Origin: Octopus bimaculoides
Lineage: Eukaryota
NCBI RefSeq assembly: GCF_001194135.2
Contig: NC_068988.1
Coordinates: 13,323,353 to 13,387,352, forward strand
Length of the DNA: 64,000 bases
Reading direction: 5' to 3'
Positions 60,701-64,000 of the stretch are shown in pieces. Within the stretch, counting starts at the first letter, position 1, and each line of letters starts with the position of its first letter. Under the pieces are notes generated by a model, which was not told where the DNA came from, did not search any database, and saw only the letters and a program-made list of their open reading frames with translations. The position numbers were made by a program, and so were the translations under genes.

Positions 60701-63011
60701 TGACCAGAGAATGACACTAGACAAGGAGAAACCTGAAAAGAAATATGGGAATTGCCCTTCCTCCTCTTGAGAGCTTCATCAACTGCAGGTGTGCATCTTT
60801 TGTTGTTATTACAAATGAATTTCATTTACCTTTCTATCTATGAATCCAAATCATTCCACACAAATCACTGAGCAGTCACTTAATCTTGTCCAATTGGATC
60901 ACCTTCTTCTGCATGAAATTTAGTCTCTAGACTCTAACATAAAGCAAATCTCTCCAACAGTGTTCTAACCATCACAATGATACAGTGTTCACTTAAGCCA
61001 CTTCTCTTCTTACCAGACTCTTGAAGCTTTTTCTATAAAGAGTTTACTCTGAGATTAGAAAATATGAAACCATTCTATTGCTGTTACACACAACACTTGG
61101 TGGAAACAATCAGAAATGACCATTTTTAGTTTATCTCCAGTAGTAAACCATCAAATCAACTAAAAACTTTCCTCGTTGATCTACTAACTCTTGATTCCAA
61201 CCCATCTGAGACCACCTCTTGTTCTACACTTCACTCTTCCTGTTTTAAATGCTTTAAGTTAAAACCCTCCATCAAAATATCCTTCTCATTTATCTTTCAA
61301 ACACCAAATGACAAATTTACTTTACTAAATTCTTTATTAATCGAAACAAAAGCAGAGTATTTCAACAGGAATATGGTAACAAAAGGGTTAAAGCAACCTT
61401 GCTGACATCAACAAAGCTTGTAAGAAAACTACTTGCCTATAGGCTTTATATGTCATTAATTACTGCACTGGAAACTTTTAAAAGCATATTCCACTCCAAT
61501 ATCAATAGAGCTTCACTTCTACACTGATGATACCAATATATATTATTCTCTTCCTTTCCACATACAGGCTTTAACCACACACAATCTTATCCTTTCCAAC
61601 CTGACTCGCACATCTGTAAAAACTAACACTTTCTTTCTCCAAGCTTAGATTTGAAACTGAATCTAAGCTCGGAGAAAGGAAGTGTTAGTTTTTACACAAC
61701 CTTCTGCAGTGGAAACTCAACAATTTAGTCTCCTTCAACAGCATCTTGCAACCACTCCATCACAATGTCTGACAAGCTCCCCAAAGAAGGCACTTTACAC
61801 AGCCAAAACTGCATCAAAGCTTCAAATAATCCTTACTTTAAGAGCTATTTATTTGCACTTGAACAGTGTACACATTATACATACATTCTAGACTGTATCT
61901 AAGAAAAATCCATCAAATAGGTCATCAACACATTACAACCACCACCAAAGTTTGTCTATTTTCACTACCACCACCACAATGGCTTCTGAATTTACTTATT
62001 CAATATAACTAACATATTGAAATCTGTCTCTCTTCTCATCACAGCCAGTGTTTAACCTGTTAAAGTCCCATACTAAACACTAATAACTCTCTCATATTTG
62101 TTTCCACCTATAGTTAACTTAGTGTTAAATATTCAACGCAGTGAACATCAAATCCTAAAAAATAATTGCCATGCCTATAAACAAAAGACTAAGATGAATA
62201 CTATTTCAATCATTTCGTTAAGTATTGGATATAATTTGGGACATATTTCAATCTTATTAGATCTCTTCAATGAAGCATAATCATCAACGTACTAGTAATG
62301 TAAATGAAGCACCAAATATTAAATGTTAACACCCACTTAACTATTGTCTATCACGCGGATGGCGTCTGTGAGTAATTTACCCTTTAGGTTTTTCAAATAT
62401 AAGATTAATCAGCTAATTTTATCCAGCTATCTTTCTTCTAATTAAGATATCACAAAAAAATCACTGGCCATCTTGAAAATAACTATAAAGAGGGGAAATA
62501 TGTATAGTAGTCGAAATAACTAAAAATTATTAGAATGGAAAGACACATGGCAGAACATGGACGAGCCATTAAATTTTACGTAATGTTTACAGAAATGGCC
62601 TCCATCATTTTCTTGTGGTAACACGTCATGGAGATTCAGGAGGTGGGGCAATAGCCACAACCTTTCTAAGCCCTCGCAGACTGATGAGATGATGCAAGCT
62701 GTGGACAACCTAGGCATCTGTAGGTAAAACGCGGGCAGGGTGGAACTAAGACTAATTTGAACGCTTGCAACAGAATGAATTCCGCTAAAGACGCTCATGG
62801 GTCAGGTAGGTAACTCTTCATGCATCAAGAATATATTGATGAAGCTAACAGTTTGATTTTAAAAAGAAGCTTTGCATCGTGAGTTGAGAATATGAAGTTT
62901 ATTGGTAAATTTATAGTTTCATAACAGACTCAATTTCAGTACTAAATTCCCCCCCCCCCCCCNNNNNNNNNNAATTGTCTTAGTTGACTTCGTAAGCTGT
63001 CGGAAATGCAT
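28956..63011 (-). CDS. SREK1: SR splicing regulator of the SRSF11/SREK1 (Srp54) family: two RRMs plus RS domain, about 650 aa, gene span
   Basis: Exons 50563-50696, 47127-47227, 46261-46416, 44444-44619, 43508-43638, 41553-41820, (39281-39346), 34623-34700, 33503-33553, 32725-32874, 31388-31447, 30220-30318 and 28956-29304 join in frame. Family motifs: RVCYVKFEDPSSVGVALHLTNTVFIDRALIVVP, DPSKIEEIRRTVYV, VGEVKYVRMAG, ELEEAMKKVKEAQSLI, then RS repeats and VTRDYDEEE...DMDMSD*. Exon 1 position is inferred. Confidence 0.92.
30220..30318 (-). CDS. SREK1: SR gene exon 13 (RNRPNRNPRRRSTSPPRNRRSRSRSGSRHKSS)
   Basis: 99 nt, phase 2-2, ttgcag acceptor. Confidence 0.9.
30511..30710 (-). mobile_element. 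piggyBac-type MITE, family 1
   Basis: CCCTTTAGCATT terminus; body is the reverse complement of 58696-58904. Confidence 0.7.
31388..31447 (-). CDS. SREK1: SR gene exon 12 (SHEKRSRSRTPSKKSRRSH)
   Basis: 60 nt, phase 2-2, CAG|GTTAGT donor. Confidence 0.9.
32190..32600 (+). mobile_element. RTE-type LINE 3' relic
   Basis: QSQIQEAKMGFLQRI...SSEIREDLQV...RRPRGRPRVR.SD, the RTE C-terminal R.RGRP..RW motif. Confidence 0.78.
32725..32874 (-). CDS. SREK1: SR gene exon 11 (PIKRRSRSRSRQKSP...ERKS)
   Basis: 150 nt, phase 2-2; tttcag acceptor, AAG|GTAGAT donor. Confidence 0.9.
33503..33553 (-). CDS. SREK1: SR gene exon 10 (RTPPKAYSARRSRTPP)
   Basis: 51 nt, phase 2-2; TPPK.YS motif of SRSF11/SREK1. Confidence 0.92.
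33797..34334. mobile_element. Non-autonomous TIR element, Merlin-like (GG termini, 8-bp TSD)
   Basis: 37-bp TIR GGATCT(T/A)TTTTAAAACGGGGGCCACATTTTTCATTAA with 1 mismatch; perfect TSD GGATTTTC at 33789-33796 and 34335-34342. Confidence 0.85.
34623..34700 (-). CDS. SREK1: SR gene exon 9 (TRHPRSRSRGRKSRSPHRKRSRSRT)
   Basis: 78 nt, phase 2-2, GTATGT donor. Confidence 0.92.
36040..36712 (+). mobile_element. Internally deleted mariner transposon relic
   Basis: N-terminal INAVY.D.TIS..WCQ.WFQKF...YSLED.PR.GR, then HARPH...HPPYSLDIAPSDYHLFRS (YSPDLAPSD motif); right TIR ...TTTATGGGATGACTCAATA into a TA run. Confidence 0.88.
39281..39346 (-). CDS. SREK1: SR gene candidate exon 8 (SPVEVKTKMRNHNDEWHMQHFR), probably a cassette exon
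   Basis: 66 nt, open, phase 2-2; tatttcctag acceptor, TAG|GTATTT donor; non-RS peptide. Confidence 0.5.
41222..41253. repeat. (AG)n microsatellite
   Basis: Direct read. Confidence 0.95.
41553..41820 (-). CDS. SREK1: SR gene exon 7 (main RS domain)
   Basis: 268 nt of RS dipeptides; ttttcag acceptor, CAG|GTGAGA donor. Confidence 0.96.
42485..42717 (-). mobile_element. mariner-derived MITE nested in a SINE
   Basis: About 32-bp imperfect TIRs TATT(T/G)(G)(A/G)GTTGTC..G.AAGTTCGTGCTGATTT with TA ends; internal remnant FWEEGIFKLKERWRRIVQQNG. Confidence 0.82.
43087..43170 (-). mobile_element. piggyBac transposase C-terminal Cys-rich domain fragment
   Basis: [25 protein letters not shown] matches the C..C...LC...CF..YH pattern. 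Confidence 0.65.
43508..43638 (-). CDS. SREK1: SR gene exon 6 (VSHANSSIVKP...AQSLILAAVEP)
   Basis: 131 nt, tttcag acceptor, CAG|GTAAAT donor. Confidence 0.95.
44444..44619 (-). CDS. SREK1: SR gene exon 5 (RRM2)
   Basis: 176 nt, VTAEQLLAFFSQVGEVKYVRMAG...GGRPIK; GTGAGT donor. Confidence 0.96.
46261..46416 (-). CDS. SREK1: SR gene exon 4 (MTGQGNG...DPSKIEEIRRTVYVFNIDSS)
   Basis: 156 nt, ttttag acceptor, GTAAGT donor. Confidence 0.95.
47127..47227 (-). CDS. SREK1: SR gene exon 3 (GKIPDETTALQLAP...VVSQ)
   Basis: 101 nt, ctctag acceptor, GTATGT donor. Confidence 0.95.
49541..49850 (+). repeat. About 62-bp minisatellite inside a SINE/LINE-tail element
   Basis: Unit GCACCATTCAAGCGTGGTTGATGCCAGT...CTGGTGGCACGTAAAAA, about 5 copies; same array inverted at about 29840-30030. 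Confidence 0.75.
50563..50696 (-). CDS. SREK1: SR gene exon 2 (RRM1)
   Basis: 134 nt, ESDSQVSARVCYVKF...VVPVMD; ttttcag acceptor, GTAAAT donor. Confidence 0.96.
53340..53800 (-). mobile_element. CR1-type LINE 3' relic
   Basis: Degenerate C-terminal RT-downstream segment ending in an ...SV.V.N..N.L-like motif. Confidence 0.45.
53822..54074. mobile_element. hAT (Charlie-like) MITE
   Basis: TIRs CAGTGATTCCCAAA / TTTGGGAACCACTA; 8-bp flanks CACTAATT / CTCTAGTT (6/8). Confidence 0.75.
54300..54513 (+). mobile_element. piggyBac-type MITE, family 1
   Basis: TTAA|CCCTTTAGCATT ... AATGCTAAAGGG. Confidence 0.75.
56700..57200 (-). mobile_element. RTE-type LINE C-terminal relic
   Basis: Degenerate ...VCAQSAVLHDSETWALTVED..., the LY..ETW motif. 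Confidence 0.6.
58696..58904 (+). mobile_element. piggyBac-type MITE, family 1, intact ends
   Basis: TTAA TSD on both sides (58692-58695, 58905-58908) and 12-bp TIR CCCTTTAGCATT. Confidence 0.85.
60850..61950 (+). mobile_element. Degraded CR1-type LINE fragments
   Basis: LHFYTDDTNIY (YADD-like) near 61515 and KALYTAK...-type C-terminal segment. Confidence 0.4.
62963..62972. other. Assembly gap (10 N, likely a placeholder) after a poly-C run; other gaps at 10718-10727, 15608-15689 and 26129-26138
   Basis: N characters in the sequence. Confidence 0.99.
62973..63011 (-). CDS. SREK1: Probable start of SR gene coding exon 1 (MHFRQLTKSTKTI...), cut by the N gap
   Basis: ATG with an in-frame upstream stop and 13 codons ending STKTI, which would continue as the family xxIQVTN RNP2 motif; sits in CpG-enriched DNA; no other candidate exon 1 found between 50697 and 64000. 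Confidence 0.5.
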
Positions 63012-63764
63012 TTTTCCGCGGTGTCAAAAATATAAAACATCAAAGCACTTATGTTTAAATATTTTTTACTTACGTAAAAAAAAAAAAAAAAAAAATGTAA
63101 AGTACTATTTTTGGAAAGACTCATAGAAGAAGATAAATAAATAATCGGAATCCCAATATCTGCAAAGTAGCAAATTTTGAAGCAGATCGTCCTCTACATG
63201 CTGACAGCTATCTACATGACAAACTACTAAGATGCAAACAGTCGGACTATGAAAGATAAGTCCTGTTGCCGCATACTATCAGGGACTAACAGATTCAAGA
63301 CAGAAACTATACATATATTTTACCATCATTTACAGAGAAAGATTTTTAAAAATCTCAATTATTTTTATATTATTAAATGATAGAAACTATATATTTTCTT
63401 CGGTGTTTTCCAGTTTGCAAGTGAATAAATTGCATACTCACCTGTTTATAAATTTGATACATTCAAGACTGCAAGTGAAGAAATATCAATTGAGTATATT
63501 GAAAACTCTTCACATCTTTTAACATAAACTTCATTTGTAATTCTTTCTAAACTAAACATTTGTACTTTACTTCAGTTGGCTATGTATTCATCTATGCGGA
63601 ACTTATTAACACAATAAGGTCAAAGCTTCGAACGTAAAATTTGTAAAATATTCGTTCGACAACGGGGAAAACACTTTAAAATGGTTATGAATTTAATGCC
63701 TAAACTTATATAGTACTTTTAAAGTAATTTGCATGACTTCATTAACTATACACAAAATTGATTT

Positions 63765-63767
63765 TAT

Positions 63768-63799
<32 letters not shown>

Positions 63800-64000
63800 T
63801 ATAATATATATTATATATACATATATATATACATATATATTATATATACATATATATATACATATATATATATAATATATATTATATATACATATATATA
63901 TACATATATATTATATATACATATATATATACATATATATTATATATACATATATATATACATATATATATAATATATATTATATATACATATATATATA
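63765..64000. repeat. Compound (TA)n/TACA low-complexity array
   Basis: Direct read; runs to the window end. Confidence 0.95.

Larger units (their letters stand above)
62340..63300 (-). promoter_or_regulatory. CpG-enriched region around the probable SR gene start
   Basis: CG dinucleotides visibly denser than in the surrounding CpG-poor intron; flanks the putative ATG at 63011. Confidence 0.35.

Noticed and set aside
62520-62798. 92-aa minus-strand ORF as SR gene exon 1
   Set aside because: No RRM1 (IQVTN...LYP) similarity and no suitable phase-2 donor.
63441-63470. Minus-strand segment ending in a strong CAG|GTGAGT donor
   Set aside because: No recognisable coding content; it could be a 5'UTR exon or belong to a neighbouring gene, but I cannot support it.
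63758-63973. 71-aa Ile/Tyr ORF and similar ORFs at 24438-24752 and 15455-15794
   Set aside because: These are translations of TA microsatellites and N gaps.

Overview
AT-rich, repeat-dense animal genomic DNA; the SINE, LINE and MITE families look like those of octopus (inference). Three spliced genes were rebuilt by hand from splice sites and reading frame, because the ORF track misses most exons. (1) VPS28 (ESCRT-I), minus strand: six coding exons from ATG 11250 down to 82, continuing off the left edge. (2) A complete 7-exon CIB1-like EF-hand gene, plus strand, 18654-25389, 192 aa. (3) An SRSF11/SREK1-family SR splicing regulator, minus strand: 13 exons from 50696 to the stop at 28956, with coding exon 1 apparently starting at 63011 and running into the assembly gap at 62963-62972. 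The rest is mostly tRNA-type SINEs and relics of RTE, CR1, Penelope-like and HERO-like retroelements, mariner, hAT, piggyBac and Merlin-like elements, plus microsatellites. There is no CRISPR array or intact tRNA/rRNA gene, and I found no clearly new multi-gene system. The best leads are RNA-level: candidate poison and cassette exons plus a modular all-phase-2 RS domain in the SR gene, CIB EF-hand codons that A-to-I editing could restore to Gly, and several unexplained palindromes and foldbacks.
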